A stretch of DNA of 64,000 nucleotides from an uncultured Candidatus Binatia bacterium (GCA_965214605.1 OZ243961.1:1664001-1728000); one strand, 5' to 3'. Counted from the stretch's first letter, positions 47,939 to 59,522 are shown. The notes: generated from the letters alone by a model not told the origin. Made by a program: numbers and translations.

Positions 47939-49594
47939 ATGAATTACGACGTGATCATCGTTGGGGCGGGTTCGGCCGGTTGCCCACTGGCGGCCCGGCT
48001 GTCGGAAGATCCACGCCGGTCGGTCCTGCTGTTGGACGCCGGCCCGCACTATGAGCGTATCGACGAATTTCCAGAAGTCCTCCAACAGGGCGGCTCCATG
48101 GCGTCAAGTTTCCCCGGCCATCCCAACAACTGGTCATTCAAGGCCAACCTGACCCCTGAACTCCCCTACTCGGTGCCGCGCGGAAAAGTGGTCGGCGGCT
48201 CAAGCGCGTTGAACGGGACGGTTTTCATCCGTGGCGTTCCGCAAGACTTTGATAGCTGGGCTGAGCTGGGGAACCCCGCTTGGTCGTATGACAAAGTGCT
48301 GCCCTATTTTAAGAAACTGGAGGCGGACCAAGACATCCACGCCCCCATGATCCAAAACGCATTCCATGGCGCCAACGGTCCTATTCCGGTCCGACGGCCT
48401 AAGCCAAAGGAGTGGAACTCAGTACAGCAGGCCTTCGTGCAGGCCTGTCTAGACGCCGGTCACCAAGAAGACCCGGATATGAACCACCCGGACTCAATCG
48501 GGGTCGGTTCCCTGCCGCTCAACAATATCGACGGGATTCGGATGAACACCGCGGTGACCTATCTGACGCCGAATCTCCACCGCCAAAACCTGAGCGTGTG
48601 GGGGGAGTCCCATGTCGGGCGGGTGTTGTTTGAGGGCCGTCGGGCGGTCGGGGTGGAAGTCGATAGACGGGGGGAGCACCTGGTCATTTACGGTGGGGAA
48701 ATCATCCTCAGTGCCGGGGCGGTCAAGTCTCCACACCTGTTGTTGCTGTCGGGCATTGGACCGGCCGACGAGCTGCGTCGGTGTGATATCCCGGTGTTGC
48801 ATGACTCTCCCTACGTGGGCAAAGACTTCACCGACCATCCGGCAGTGATGGTTATGTACAAAACCAAGAAGACGCCGCAGACCTATCAGGGTATGCCGAT
48901 GCTGCAGACCGGTCTGCACTATACCGCCGAGGGATCGACGACCCGGGGCGATATGGAAATCTTGCCGTTCTGTTTTTCAATGACCGATTCGTTTGTCACC
49001 GCCAGTCGAAAAGACGGCGCCCAGCTGCCCGGCCTGCCGTCCTTTTTACGCCACCCCTTTAAGACCCTGTCCGCCATGCGTGGGATTTCGGTCAAGCGGC
49101 TGCTCGAACAGGTCCGGCGCGGGCGCGACCTGATGATCGGTAGCTCGCTCCAAGAGGCACGCAGCAAGGGCAAGATGCGGCTGGTATCGGCCGACCCCTA
49201 TGTCCAGCCCGAGCTCCACTACCACTATCTATCCGACCCGTTCGACCGTCAGCGTATGCGCGAGGGCGTTCGGCTCGTCATCGACCTCATGCAAAGCCGA
49301 GCGTTTAAGCCGCTGGTATCGGAGCGGACGGTGCCGGACGACGAACAGCTGGCCTCAGACCAAGCTCTGGATCACTGGATGTATACGACGCTCGGCACCG
49401 CTATCCACATGTCGGGCAGCTGCAAAATGGGCCCGGACGATGACCTCACCGCAGTGGTCGATCAGTTCGGGCGCGTGCGCGGGGTGGAAGGGCTGCGAGT
49501 GGCCGATACCTCTATCCAGCCCAATGTGGTCCGCCGCCCGGCCAACGCTACGGCGATCATGATCGGCGAGCGCATGGCGGAGTGGATTACCTAA
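47939..49594 (+). CDS. GMC oxidoreductase (MftG-like)
   Basis: GAGSAG, RGKVVGGSSALNG, HMSGSCKMG, LRVADTS. Confidence 0.88.
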   Translation: MNYDVIIVGAGSAGCPLAARLSEDPRRSVLLLDAGPHYERIDEFPEVLQQGGSMASSFPGHPNNWSFKANLTPELPYSVPRGKVVGGSSALNGTVFIRGVPQDFDSWAELGNPAWSYDKVLPYFKKLEADQDIHAPMIQNAFHGANGPIPVRRPKPKEWNSVQQAFVQACLDAGHQEDPDMNHPDSIGVGSLPLNNIDGIRMNTAVTYLTPNLHRQNLSVWGESHVGRVLFEGRRAVGVEVDRRGEHLVIYGGEIILSAGAVKSPHLLLLSGIGPADELRRCDIPVLHDSPYVGKDFTDHPAVMVMYKTKKTPQTYQGMPMLQTGLHYTAEGSTTRGDMEILPFCFSMTDSFVTASRKDGAQLPGLPSFLRHPFKTLSAMRGISVKRLLEQVRRGRDLMIGSSLQEARSKGKMRLVSADPYVQPELHYHYLSDPFDRQRMREGVRLVIDLMQSRAFKPLVSERTVPDDEQLASDQALDHWMYTTLGTAIHMSGSCKMGPDDDLTAVVDQFGRVRGVEGLRVADTSIQPNVVRRPANATAIMIGERMAEWIT

Positions 49595-49610
49595 CGGAAA
49601 GGGAAGACAC

Positions 49611-50253
49611 CGTGACCACGATAGCGCCGATGCTCACCCTGTCGCACCAGTATGGAAGTGGCGGCAGTCTCATTGCCCGCGAACTCGGTCAGCGACTCGG
49701 CTGGTCAGTCTGGGATAAAGAGATTGTGCAAACGATTGCCTCGCAGCAACATGTTGCCGAAGGGTATGTGGAAAACAAAGACGAGCGGGTTGGCTCGTTC
49801 ATTGAGCGAGTGGTCGGCTTTTTTGGCGTGGGCGGTTTTGAGACCGCCTATAATATTCCCCCGCCGCTGCGCCTGAGTGATACGCAGCTGGCCCGGCTGA
49901 CCCGCGAGCTGATCGAAGACGTCGCCAAACAGGGCAATGCAATCATTGTTGGGCGGGCCGGCAACTGCATTCTAGCCGACCGACCGAACACCTTACACGT
50001 GTTTGTGTTCGCCCCTATGGAGGCTCGTATCAAGCGTGCCATGGAGGTCGAAAAGCTGACCCACTCAGAGGCTGAACGGCGGATTGCCGGCATGGACAAG
50101 CTGCGGACCGAGTATGTGCACAACTGCTATCAGGCCGAATGGCGCGACCCGCAGGGATATCATCTACAACTCGACTCCGGGGAGTGGGGTGAAGACAGGG
50201 TAACCGAGCTGGTGATATGGGCTCTGGAGCATCGGCCGGAGGCCGGGCGCTAG
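49611..50253 (+). CDS. Cytidylate kinase-like family protein
   Basis: SHQYGSGG, IIVGRAG, YHLQLDS. Confidence 0.8.
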
Positions 50254-50561
50254 GCGGGCTCCTCTTCTGCCTTCGGCCATGACTCCTCGCCCGGAGGATT
50301 CGGATGACACTGATAGGAGGTCAGCCCCAGCCCACTCATGTCGGCCGGTGGGGACGAGAGACCGGCCGGGGGCGCAGCCTCCAACCCGGCCTGACCCTTC
50401 TGCTCGGCTTCCGGTATCGCTCGACCGTTTGTGCTGTAGGGGCGCAGTTCGGCAACCGGCTGTCCCTGTCGGACCACAACGAGGGTATGCCCGTTTTCGA
50501 CCTGTTTGAGGTAGCCGCCCAAGCGGGACCGCAGCTGTTTGGTAGTAACTGATTCGTGCAT
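50250..50561 (-). CDS. Phd/YefM-type antitoxin (no adjacent toxin)
   Basis: LRSRLGGYLKQVENG..VVRQGQPVAELRP. Confidence 0.7.
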   Translation of the reverse strand: MHESVTTKQLRSRLGGYLKQVENGHTLVVVRQGQPVAELRPYSTNGRAIPEAEQKGQAGLEAAPPAGLSSPPADMSGLGLTSYQCHPNPPGEESWPKAEEEPA

Positions 50562-50710
50562 GGTCCCTATTCTCAGCCATCGCAGGACTGGCTGTCAATC
50601 AAGAGTGGCGATCCTAAATTTCCGTCGGGGACAGAGGCCCCCGGCTTGACTCCCCGCCGCCTCAACGGTAGCGGTAGGCCCAGAAACCAACGTGCACCAA
50701 GGGGGTTGGC

Positions 50711-51745
50711 ATGAAACTGGGTATTGGCATTGGCTATTCTGGCGGGCAGGTCCGACTGCCGATGGAACATATTCTTGAGACCGAGCGGCTCGGCTATGAC
50801 TCGGTGTGGAGCGCCGAAGCGTACGGCTCCGATGCGGTTACTCCGCTGGCCTACTTGGCGGCGAAGACGACGCGACTGAAGCTCGGCACTGGCATTATGC
50901 AGCTGGCCGGGCGGACTCCGGCCATGTGTGCCATGACGATGTCAACGCTTGACGCCCTGTCCGAGGGGCGAGTCCTGGTCGGCCTGGGACTGTCGGGTCC
51001 ACAGGTCATTGAGGGCTGGCACGGTATGCCGTACGACAAACCGGTGGCTCGCCTGCGCGAGTATGTTGAGATTCTCCGCAAGATCTGGGCCCGGGAAGAA
51101 CCGGTCACCTTGGACGGCAAAGCGTATCAGTTACCTTACCAGGGGCCTGGGGCGACCGGCCTGGGCAAAGCGCTGAAATCCATCTTGCATACCCGCCAGC
51201 TGCCGGTCTATCTGGCCACCATGCAGCCACGCAGTGTACGACTAACGGCCGAGGTCGCCGACGGCTGGCTGCCAATCTGGTTCTCACCCCAGCGCGTCGG
51301 TATCTACGCCGAGAACATCGAAGAGGGTTTTCGACGCGCCGGGAACGGGAAATCATGGCGGGACTGGGATATTGCGGCCGGTTGTACGGTGATTATCGGC
51401 GATGATGTCAAAGCCTGTCTCGCAAAAATCAAGCCGACCCTGGCGCTGTACGTCGGCGGCATGGGGGCCCGCGGCAAGAATTTTCATAACGAGATGGTCA
51501 CCAACTACGGTTACGGTGAGGCTGCGGCGCGGATTCAGGAGCTGTACCTGGCCGGCCACAAGGCCGAGGCCACGGAAGCGGTACCGGACGAGCTGTGCGA
51601 TGAGCTGTCGCTGTGTGGCCCAGAGGCGCGGATTCGGCAGCGCTTCACGGCCTGGGAAGACGCAGGAGTGACAACACTGTTGGTGTCTTCCCAGCAACGC
51701 GAGGCTTATCATCTGATGGCGGATATTGCCCAGACAAAAAACTGA
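50711..51745 (+). CDS. LLM-class F420-dependent oxidoreductase
   Basis: AEAYGSDA, LGTGIMQ, GLGLSGPQVIEGWHG, LYVGGMG. Confidence 0.9.
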   Translation: MKLGIGIGYSGGQVRLPMEHILETERLGYDSVWSAEAYGSDAVTPLAYLAAKTTRLKLGTGIMQLAGRTPAMCAMTMSTLDALSEGRVLVGLGLSGPQVIEGWHGMPYDKPVARLREYVEILRKIWAREEPVTLDGKAYQLPYQGPGATGLGKALKSILHTRQLPVYLATMQPRSVRLTAEVADGWLPIWFSPQRVGIYAENIEEGFRRAGNGKSWRDWDIAAGCTVIIGDDVKACLAKIKPTLALYVGGMGARGKNFHNEMVTNYGYGEAAARIQELYLAGHKAEATEAVPDELCDELSLCGPEARIRQRFTAWEDAGVTTLLVSSQQREAYHLMADIAQTKN

Positions 51746-51763
51746 CGAGCAAGGAGCAGCCCT

Positions 51764-52636
51764 ATGAGCGAAACCATCTCGGCCAAGGACCTCTACCAAC
51801 GCAAACGGATCGCTGTGCTGGACAGCGACATGGCCTATGTTGATACCGGCTCGGGCGATCCGGTCGTCTTCTTACACGGCAACCCAACCTCGTCGTATTT
51901 GTGGCGGAATGTGATTCCGTCGGTAGCACCTGCCCGTCGCTGCCTGGCTCCGGACCTGATCGGTATGGGCGATTCGGGGAAAAATCCGGCCGGTTCGTAC
52001 CGTTTTGTAGATCACGCCCGCTATCTGGACGCCTGGTTTGAAGCCCTCGGGCTGACAGACAACGTCACCCTCGTTGTGCATGACTGGGGCTCGGCCTTGG
52101 GATTTTACTGGGCGCATCGCCATCCGGACCGCATCAAGGCACTGGCCTATATGGAGGCCGTTGTCCAGCCCCTGACCTGGGACACTTGGCCGGAAGCCGC
52201 GCGCCAGATCTTTCAGGCTCTGCGCTCGCCAGCCGGGGAAGAAATTGTGCTGCAAAAAAATACCTTTGTTGAACGTATTCTGCCGGCCAGTGTGATCCGG
52301 GGGCTGACCGATGAAGAAATGACGGTCTATCGACGTCCGTATCTGGAAGCGGGCGAGTCTCGGCGGCCGACCCTGACCTGGCCGCGCCAGATTCCGATTG
52401 ACGGCGAACCGGCCGATGTGACCCAGATTGTCGACGCCTACGCCGCCTGGCTGTCACGGAGTACTATCCCTAAGCTGTTTGTGAATGCCGACCCGGGTGT
52501 TATCCTGACCGGCCCGCAGCGCGAGTTCTGTCGAAGTTGGCCGAATCAAAAAGAGGTGACGGTCAAAGGGCTCCATTTTGTACAGGAAGACTCGCCAGCC
52601 GAGATCGGTCAAGCGATTGCCGAGCTCTTAGCCTAA
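51764..52636 (+). CDS. dhaA: Haloalkane dehalogenase
   Basis: [35 protein letters not shown]. Confidence 0.9.
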   Translation: MSETISAKDLYQRKRIAVLDSDMAYVDTGSGDPVVFLHGNPTSSYLWRNVIPSVAPARRCLAPDLIGMGDSGKNPAGSYRFVDHARYLDAWFEALGLTDNVTLVVHDWGSALGFYWAHRHPDRIKALAYMEAVVQPLTWDTWPEAARQIFQALRSPAGEEIVLQKNTFVERILPASVIRGLTDEEMTVYRRPYLEAGESRRPTLTWPRQIPIDGEPADVTQIVDAYAAWLSRSTIPKLFVNADPGVILTGPQREFCRSWPNQKEVTVKGLHFVQEDSPAEIGQAIAELLA

Positions 52637-52647
52637 CGGAGGGCAGG

Positions 52648-53442
52648 ATGGACTATTCCACCATCACGTTTGAGGTTCAGGATAGGATTGCCACGGTCAG
52701 GCTAAATCGACCGGATAATGCCAACGCGCTCAATATCGACATGTCCAGAGAACTCATGCAGGCGGCGATCCGGTGTAGTGAAGATCGGGCGATTCGGGCG
52801 GTGCTGCTGACCGGTACAGGCCGGATGTTCTGTGCTGGCGGAGACTTGAAGAGCTTTGCGAGGCACGGACGCGGGGCGTCACTGGCCAGCCACCTCAAGG
52901 AGGTCACCAGCTATCTGCACAGTGCGGTGTCGCGCTTTCTGCGCATGGATCCGCCGCTGATCGGCGTCATCAACGGGATAGCAGCCGGTGCAGGGATGAG
53001 CATCGCGTGTGCGTGTGATCTCGTCCTGGCCGCCGAGTCGTCCAAATTTACCATGGCCTATACGAGGGCCGGTTTAACCCCCGACGGGTCTTCGACCTAT
53101 TTCTTATCCCGGGCGGTGGGGATGAAACGTGCCACAGAACTCGTCCTGACCAACCGCACGCTCTCGGCCCAGGAAGCCTACGAGTGGGGTATTGTCAATC
53201 AGGTCGTCCCGGACGCCGGGCTGATGAGCCGAGCCACCGAGCTTGCCACCTCGCTGGCTGCCGGAGCGACCGGCGCGTTTGGCGCGGCCAAACGTCTGCT
53301 GCATAACGGCTGGACCGAAACAGTGGAAACCCAGATGGAACTGGAAGCCCAGGCCATCGCCGCCCGGGCCCACACGGCCGACGGGCATGAGGGGATCCAG
53401 GCCTTTTTAGAAAAACGAGCTCCCGGTTTTCATGGGAAATAA
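52648..53442 (+). CDS. Enoyl-CoA hydratase/isomerase
   Basis: FCAGGDL, AAGAG, GLTPDG, AFLEKR. Confidence 0.9.
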   Translation: MDYSTITFEVQDRIATVRLNRPDNANALNIDMSRELMQAAIRCSEDRAIRAVLLTGTGRMFCAGGDLKSFARHGRGASLASHLKEVTSYLHSAVSRFLRMDPPLIGVINGIAAGAGMSIACACDLVLAAESSKFTMAYTRAGLTPDGSSTYFLSRAVGMKRATELVLTNRTLSAQEAYEWGIVNQVVPDAGLMSRATELATSLAAGATGAFGAAKRLLHNGWTETVETQMELEAQAIAARAHTADGHEGIQAFLEKRAPGFHGK

Positions 53443-53453
53443 GGAGTCTGGTT

Positions 53454-54599
53454 GTGTACAGTTTCGATCTCAGTCCGGAACAACGGCAGCTCAAAGAGAC
53501 CGCGCATCGTTTTGCGGTCGAAGAAATCGTCCCCGTTGCCGCAGAGTACGATAAGAAAGAAGAGCTGCCGCTTGCAGTCTGCCACAAAGCCTGGGAACTC
53601 GGTTTTCTCAATCCTCAAATCCCGACCGAATACGGAGGTCTGGGCCTGGGAGTGATGGATACCTGCCTCATTGACGAAGAAATGATTTATGGATGTGCCG
53701 GTATCGCCCTCAACATGGTGGCCAACAACTTGGCCATCCTGCCGCTGCTGATTGCGGGCGATACCGACCAAAAGAAGCGGTATTTAGGTCAGCTGGTCGA
53801 AGAGCCAAGTTTTGCCGCCTTTGCCCTAACCGAGCCTGGGGCCGGCTCCGACGCCGCCGGCATCTCGACTAGCTATCGCAAAAGTGGCGATGAGTTCGTT
53901 CTCAACGGCACCAAGCACTTCATCACCAACGGCACGATTGCCAACTGGTACGTGGTGTTCGCGACCCACGACAAAGATCGCAAACACGGGGGGATTTCGT
54001 GTTTTGTGCTACCGTCCGATACGCCCGGTATTACCGCCAATCGGATGCATCACAAGATGGGCCAGCGCGCCTCAGACACGGCCGAGATTGTGCTTGAGGA
54101 GGTACACGTACCGCGCATCGGGCTCGTCGGCGCAGAGGGGGCGGGCTTTAAGGTGGCGATGCACACCTTTGATCACAGCCGTCCTGAGGTCGGCGCGTTT
54201 TCGATCGGTATCTCCCAGCGGGCTCTGGATGAGTCGCTGAAATACGCCCAGCAACGCGAGGCCTTTGGCAAAGCCATCGCAAATTTTCAGGCCATTCAGT
54301 TCATGCTGGCAGATATGGCGATTGAGTTAGAAGCCATGCGGCTGCTGACCTATAAAGCGGCCTGGATGCTTGACCAGGGGGCGCAGTCCTCGATTGTGTC
54401 CAGCTATGCCAAAGCCTTTGGTGCTGATCGAACGATGCAAATCACCACCAACGCGGTCCAGATCTTTGGCGGCTATGGCTACCTGGGCGAGTACCCGGTT
54501 GAGAAGCTGATGCGCGACGCCAAGCTACTCCAGATCTACGAGGGCACCTCGCAGATTCAGCGTGTGGTTATTGCCCGGCATTTGCTGAGAGGCCACTAG
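53454..54599 (+). CDS. Acyl-CoA dehydrogenase
   Basis: FALTEPGAGSD, NGTKHFIT, IFGGYG, IYEGTSQIQ. Confidence 0.93.
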   Translation: MYSFDLSPEQRQLKETAHRFAVEEIVPVAAEYDKKEELPLAVCHKAWELGFLNPQIPTEYGGLGLGVMDTCLIDEEMIYGCAGIALNMVANNLAILPLLIAGDTDQKKRYLGQLVEEPSFAAFALTEPGAGSDAAGISTSYRKSGDEFVLNGTKHFITNGTIANWYVVFATHDKDRKHGGISCFVLPSDTPGITANRMHHKMGQRASDTAEIVLEEVHVPRIGLVGAEGAGFKVAMHTFDHSRPEVGAFSIGISQRALDESLKYAQQREAFGKAIANFQAIQFMLADMAIELEAMRLLTYKAAWMLDQGAQSSIVSSYAKAFGADRTMQITTNAVQIFGGYGYLGEYPVEKLMRDAKLLQIYEGTSQIQRVVIARHLLRGH

Positions 54600-54714
54600 C
54601 CACCCTAGCAGCATTGCTTCAGACTGTACCAACTATGCCAACGGCACCATCAGGACTAGGGGTTCCACGGAGGAGCCTGTCAGCCACAAACTTTTGGAGA
54701 GGAGCACCCCAACC

Positions 54715-55368
54715 ATGGCCGAAGAAATGGGTATTTTTGAGACTATGTATAGCATGCGGGCGATGCGTCGCCTCAAACCCGATCCGATTCCTCTGGAGAC
54801 GATCCGCAAAATCCTGGAAGCGGGCACTCAAGCCCCGAGCGGCCAGAACTTACAGGGCTGGGCGTTTGTCCTGCTGCAAGAGCCGGACAAAAAAAAGTTC
54901 TTTCAGGAACGCTATCATAAAGCCATCCTCGACCGCTTCGGCGACAATATGAAACCCGATCCCAATGACACCTCCGCATGGGCACGCACGGTGCGCTCGG
55001 CCCTCCATCTGGCTGAACACATGCACGAGGCGCCGGTCCTGCTGCTGGTATGTGGCAAACGCGACTGGCCGTTTGCCGTGCCCAAAGAAAAGCGGGTCGG
55101 CCACGCGCCGCCGTCCTACGGTTCAATCTATCCGTGTGTCCAGAACATTCTGTTAGCCTGTCGCGCCCTAGGGCTGGGGGCCAGCCTGACGACTATGCAC
55201 CAGATGTTTGAAGCTGAGTTGCGCGAACAGACCGGCATTCCCGACGACTACGGCGTGGTGGCGACCATTCCGATCGGTTTTCCCAGAGGGAAGTTCGGTC
55301 CGGTGAAGCGCCGGCCTGCGTCCGAGGTGACCCATTTTGACACCTGGGGTCGGCACCAACCCTCCTAA
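54715..55368 (+). CDS. Nitroreductase family protein
   Basis: RAMRR, APSGQNLQGW, QNILLACRALGLG. Confidence 0.88.
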   Translation: MAEEMGIFETMYSMRAMRRLKPDPIPLETIRKILEAGTQAPSGQNLQGWAFVLLQEPDKKKFFQERYHKAILDRFGDNMKPDPNDTSAWARTVRSALHLAEHMHEAPVLLLVCGKRDWPFAVPKEKRVGHAPPSYGSIYPCVQNILLACRALGLGASLTTMHQMFEAELREQTGIPDDYGVVATIPIGFPRGKFGPVKRRPASEVTHFDTWGRHQPS

Positions 55369-55384
55369 ACGGGAGCGCGTCGCC

Positions 55385-56401
55385 ATGAAGCACGCGATGT
55401 TTCTGCCCTACGACACCCCTGACACCATGATCGAGTGGGCGCGCAGGCTTGAGCAGGCCGGCTTTGACTCTGTCTGGCAGGGAGAACTCACCAACTCGGC
55501 TCTGCTCCCGTTGGCCGCAGTGGCCCCGGCCGTCAAGCAGATTAAACTCGGCGCCGGGGTGGTCCTCGCCTTTACCCACAGTCCGGTCATGCTCGCCTTT
55601 GAGGCCCTGGACCTGGACTATTTCAGCCACGGCCGGTTTGTCCTAGGTCTCGGCGTAGCCCATCCGAACCGCAACAATAACTGGTATGCGGGCTACGACG
55701 CGGGCAAGCCGGTCAGTCAGATGCGGGAGTATATCGAGGTCGTGCGTCTGGTGATGGACACAGCTCAGCAGGGCGGCAGTATCGAATACGACGGCAAATT
55801 TTACCAGATTAAGGCGCGCAATTTTTTTGGCCGTTCGACGCTCCAGCCGCGTTCTCGCATACCGATCTATATTGCGGCGGTCAAACCCCGCATGGCCGCT
55901 CTAACCGGCGAGATCGCCGACGGCTTGGTTGGCAACCCGATGTTCTCGCCCAAACACGTCGGCGACAATATCGTGCCCGGCCTTGCCACCGGCCTACGCA
56001 AAGTCGGCCGTCGGCGCTCGGACGTCGAGGTTCTGGGTCAGTGTTTTGCGGTAGTGGATGACGACCTCGCGACCGCCTACCGAGTGGGCGCCGGAGCCAT
56101 GCTGTTTAGCATTTGGGCGATGATTTATGACGATATTTTTGCCGCTCACGGTTTTGCCGAAACCGTGGCTCAGGTCCGCGCTACCCAGCGCACCCCGCAA
56201 CGTATGGACGCAATTGACCTCATTCCCAAGGATATGGTGGACGCCTTTTGCGCGGTCGGGCCGGTTGATCGAGTCCGGGCTAAGGTTGATGAGCGCGAGG
56301 GCTTGCTCGATACGGTCATTGTTGCCGTGCCGAATACCGGCACGACGGCTGAGCAGCGCGATCACTACCGGAATAAGCTGATTGAGGCCTTCTCGGCCTA
56401 G
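55385..56401 (+). CDS. LLM-class flavin-dependent oxidoreductase
   Basis: GFDSVW, GRFVLGLG, IPIYIAAV, GEIADG. Confidence 0.85.
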   Translation: MKHAMFLPYDTPDTMIEWARRLEQAGFDSVWQGELTNSALLPLAAVAPAVKQIKLGAGVVLAFTHSPVMLAFEALDLDYFSHGRFVLGLGVAHPNRNNNWYAGYDAGKPVSQMREYIEVVRLVMDTAQQGGSIEYDGKFYQIKARNFFGRSTLQPRSRIPIYIAAVKPRMAALTGEIADGLVGNPMFSPKHVGDNIVPGLATGLRKVGRRRSDVEVLGQCFAVVDDDLATAYRVGAGAMLFSIWAMIYDDIFAAHGFAETVAQVRATQRTPQRMDAIDLIPKDMVDAFCAVGPVDRVRAKVDEREGLLDTVIVAVPNTGTTAEQRDHYRNKLIEAFSA

Positions 56402-56499
56402 AGACCCTCGGGAGCTCGGCCGCGCCGAACAGTGTAATTTCAGACATGCATGTCTGATGTTGTTGGCGAAAAGGCGCAGCTTTTCTGGTCGCGCTAGTG

Positions 56500-56730
56500 T
56501 AAGACACAGGGGCGGCCGGGCACCTCCACGATCTCCTGCGTCTGCTGCCCACCCTTCAGCTAATCAACCAGAACATCAACATCAACCAGGAGTTGGGCGC
56601 GGGCCGCCTATACCTCCTCTGTCGGTCAGCCAAAACCGCCCCAGAGCTATGAGGGTCGCAGTCCCTGAGTGGGTTCACATGGGACCCGCCTTTCCACATC
56701 CGAAATTCGCGTTCTTGTAGAGGGAGAGCC
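56500..56730 (-). pseudogene. Possible decayed vapBC pair
   Basis: AGGAGG followed by AQLLVDVDVLVD*LKG (PIN-like N-terminus with a stop); FRMWK upstream. Confidence 0.4.
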
Positions 56731-56964
56731 TGAGCGAAATAGTGGTCAGTGACCGGCTGAGGAACGCGGTGCTGCTTGCCAATATGGGACCGCCGGGCTT
56801 TGCTGCTTGGCGAGCCGCAGACCCCCTCGGCTCAGAGTGTGGACACCTCGACGGATTCCTACGGTATGGACTCCAGGGTAAGAAACGGTTTTTTGCATAT
56901 TTCTCGTTCAGTATTTGGAGGAGATTCGGTATTTTTCCGTCCTATAGAAAAGTGGTGGTGCGTG

Positions 56965-58347
56965 TCAGATTCGTACCCGTGCCCAGCTTCCGGTCTCCCA
57001 GCTCCAGACAAAGACTGCGGACTGAATCAAGTGATAGCCGATGTTGAGATTCCAAATCGCCAACAGTCCCAGGCCAAACGCCGTGCTGAGCAGAAACGCC
57101 AGGGGCAGAAAGAAACACCACTGCAGCCCCAGGGAAATCACCATCACCCGCCGGCTGTGACCCGCCCCGTAATGGGCGTTCATCAACACCATGCCGATGA
57201 CCTCAAACGCCATGGTGGCGGCGGTAAGCTGCAGCGGCAGGCGGGCCAGGCCAAGCGTCGTCGGATCGCGCAAGAAGAGGCCCAGAAACACATCCGGGAC
57301 GAGCACGGCCGGCAACGCCAGCAACCCCACGCACACCATCGCCAGACGGACCACCTGCCAGGCCCAGACCCGCGCCTCATCAACCGCGCCGGCTCCCAGC
57401 GCCTGGCCGACCAGCGAGGCGGCCGCCAGGCCAAAGCCGTTGGTGAGCAACATCCACAACAGCAGGAAATTCGACAACACATGTCCGGCCGCCAACTCGG
57501 CCGTGCCAATCGTACCCAGAATCCAGAAGAACAGCGTCATGCCCAAGGCAAAGAAAACGTGCTGGATGCCGGCCGGGGCCGACACGCGGATCAGCGTCCA
57601 CAGGATTGCCCGGTCCGGCCGACGGACGAGAAAGCCGCCATCTCGGGCGCGCCGGTAGGCGGTCAACAGGTAGGCGAGCGAGCCGATTGATACCGCCGTC
57701 GTCGTCCCAATTCCGGCCCCGAACACGCCCAGTGCCGGCGCACCCAGGTTGCCGAATATCAACACCCAGTTCAGAAAGATATTCGTCACGTTCATGAGGA
57801 TGATCGTGCGCATATAAATCGCCGACAGATTGACCGCATTCCAGTAACCACGAAACACAAAATTCGTTCCCATCGCCGTCAGGCCGACCAGTCGGGCCTG
57901 GAGGTAGAGGGTACCCTGACTGGCGACAGCGGCATCTTGGCTGAGGAGCGGAAAGAAACGGGGGGCGACAAAGATGAGCCAGATCGACAACGGAACCCCC
58001 AGCAGCAGGACTAGCAGCAGTCCGCCGTTTAAGGGCACGGCAATCTCGCGTTGGCGGCCCGCCCCCAGCCAGCGTGCTGAAGTAGCCTGTACGCCGGTTG
58101 AGATACCGAGGATAAACGCGCCACAGGTAAAGGTGGTAAACCCGGCCAGCCCGACCGCGGCCAGTGCCTCATCGCCCAACGAGCCGACCATAGCCGTATC
58201 GACCAGGTTCATAATGTTCTGGGACACCATGCCGCCCATGATGGGCAGAGCGAGAGTGAGGATGCGGCGCCAACGAGAGAGAAACTGGGCAGAGACGTCT
58301 TGCGGAGAAGAATCAGCGTACAAAGGGGGACTTTCAGTTACACACAC
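56965..58347 (-). CDS. MATE family efflux transporter
   Basis: LALPI, VDTAMVGSLG, LNWVLIFG..GVFGAG, LVGQALGA. Confidence 0.9.
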   Translation of the reverse strand: MCVTESPPLYADSSPQDVSAQFLSRWRRILTLALPIMGGMVSQNIMNLVDTAMVGSLGDEALAAVGLAGFTTFTCGAFILGISTGVQATSARWLGAGRQREIAVPLNGGLLLVLLLGVPLSIWLIFVAPRFFPLLSQDAAVASQGTLYLQARLVGLTAMGTNFVFRGYWNAVNLSAIYMRTIILMNVTNIFLNWVLIFGNLGAPALGVFGAGIGTTTAVSIGSLAYLLTAYRRARDGGFLVRRPDRAILWTLIRVSAPAGIQHVFFALGMTLFFWILGTIGTAELAAGHVLSNFLLLWMLLTNGFGLAAASLVGQALGAGAVDEARVWAWQVVRLAMVCVGLLALPAVLVPDVFLGLFLRDPTTLGLARLPLQLTAATMAFEVIGMVLMNAHYGAGHSRRVMVISLGLQWCFFLPLAFLLSTAFGLGLLAIWNLNIGYHLIQSAVFVWSWETGSWARVRI

Positions 58348-58539
58348 GTGAGGAGCTGACAGCGGATTTTGACTACCACGTCAGGGAGGGTCTGGATAGG
58401 GGCCGCGCAGATCCTACGACACCAGGAAGTGCTCCAACTCCTCGCCTCGGGCAGGAGGCTGAGACAATCCCCTAGCAGGCGGATCTCCCCTCCCTTTTTT
58501 TGGCCGTGGCTGTTAGACAGACAGGGGAGCGAGTCAATC

Positions 58540-59290
58540 ATGAGGCAGAGGCTGCGGAACTCTTGGGATATCGCCCGTGCCAGTTCACGCCTAGGCAAAA
58601 AGCCGCTGGCAAGTCGGGGGCCCGACCAAGATCTGGTTGTTTTTCGAAACGCGACTGGCCAAACCCACGCCTTATTCGACCGCTGTTCTCATCGCGGAGT
58701 GCGCTTATCGCTCTGGGTCGGCTGACTGCCGAAAGCCTGGCGTGTTCCTACTCATAGCTGGCACGACGACGAGACGGGACCGTGCATACATATTCCATCG
58801 CTGTCTGCAGACCGTATTATCCCGGCAGGGATCGCTGCTCCATTCTTTAGTTTGCCAAGAGCAGGAGGGAGGGCTAGGGATTCCTCATTTCAAGCAGCAT
58901 CACCCGGGCATCAAGGCCCAATACTCATACAGGGCGCAGCCATGAAAATCATGGGGAACACCCTTGATGTCCGCCACGTGCCGTTCATTCACCGCTGGAC
59001 CCATCCCTATGCCGACCGGTTCCTGCGGTTTTATTGAGGGCAGCTATAAGATCCGTCTTATCGAACGGGGGATGGTGCTGTTCGTTCCCCCCACCCCCGC
59101 CGCTCCCATTCCTAAAGCGGCCCAAAGTGCTGCTAGGCTTCGAGCTGCCCGACCGGATGCCGATCGAGCTGTGCGGAAGCCGTTTCACATGATCGCCATC
59201 ATGCACGCTCTTCCGACCGGACCAAACAACCGTCGTTTTGAGTGGCTGGGAACCACAATCCTGCCGTTTGGGCGGCGAGCTTCCTAGCGG
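58540..59290 (+). pseudogene. Rieske non-heme iron oxygenase, heavily decayed
   Basis: DLVVFR..ALFDRCSHRG..LS, LACSY and NTLDVRHVPFIH in shifting frames. Confidence 0.7.
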
Positions 59291-59522
59291 CGCAGGGGAC
59301 AGTTCCTCTTTCATCAAGACCAGCGTGTCGTCGAGAGCGCCCAGCCGTGGTATGACCAGGCCCAGGAGCAGTTTGAGCGCAGCGTGCAGGCAGAGATGCC
59401 TCGACCGTAATTGGCCCGCCGCATTGTCGGGCTAGACGCGGGCCACGGGTGGGAACAAACGCCTCGGGGCCCAACGCGGCGGCGGGTTGTTGCGGTCCGG
59501 GCTTAACGGATAAGGAGTCGGT

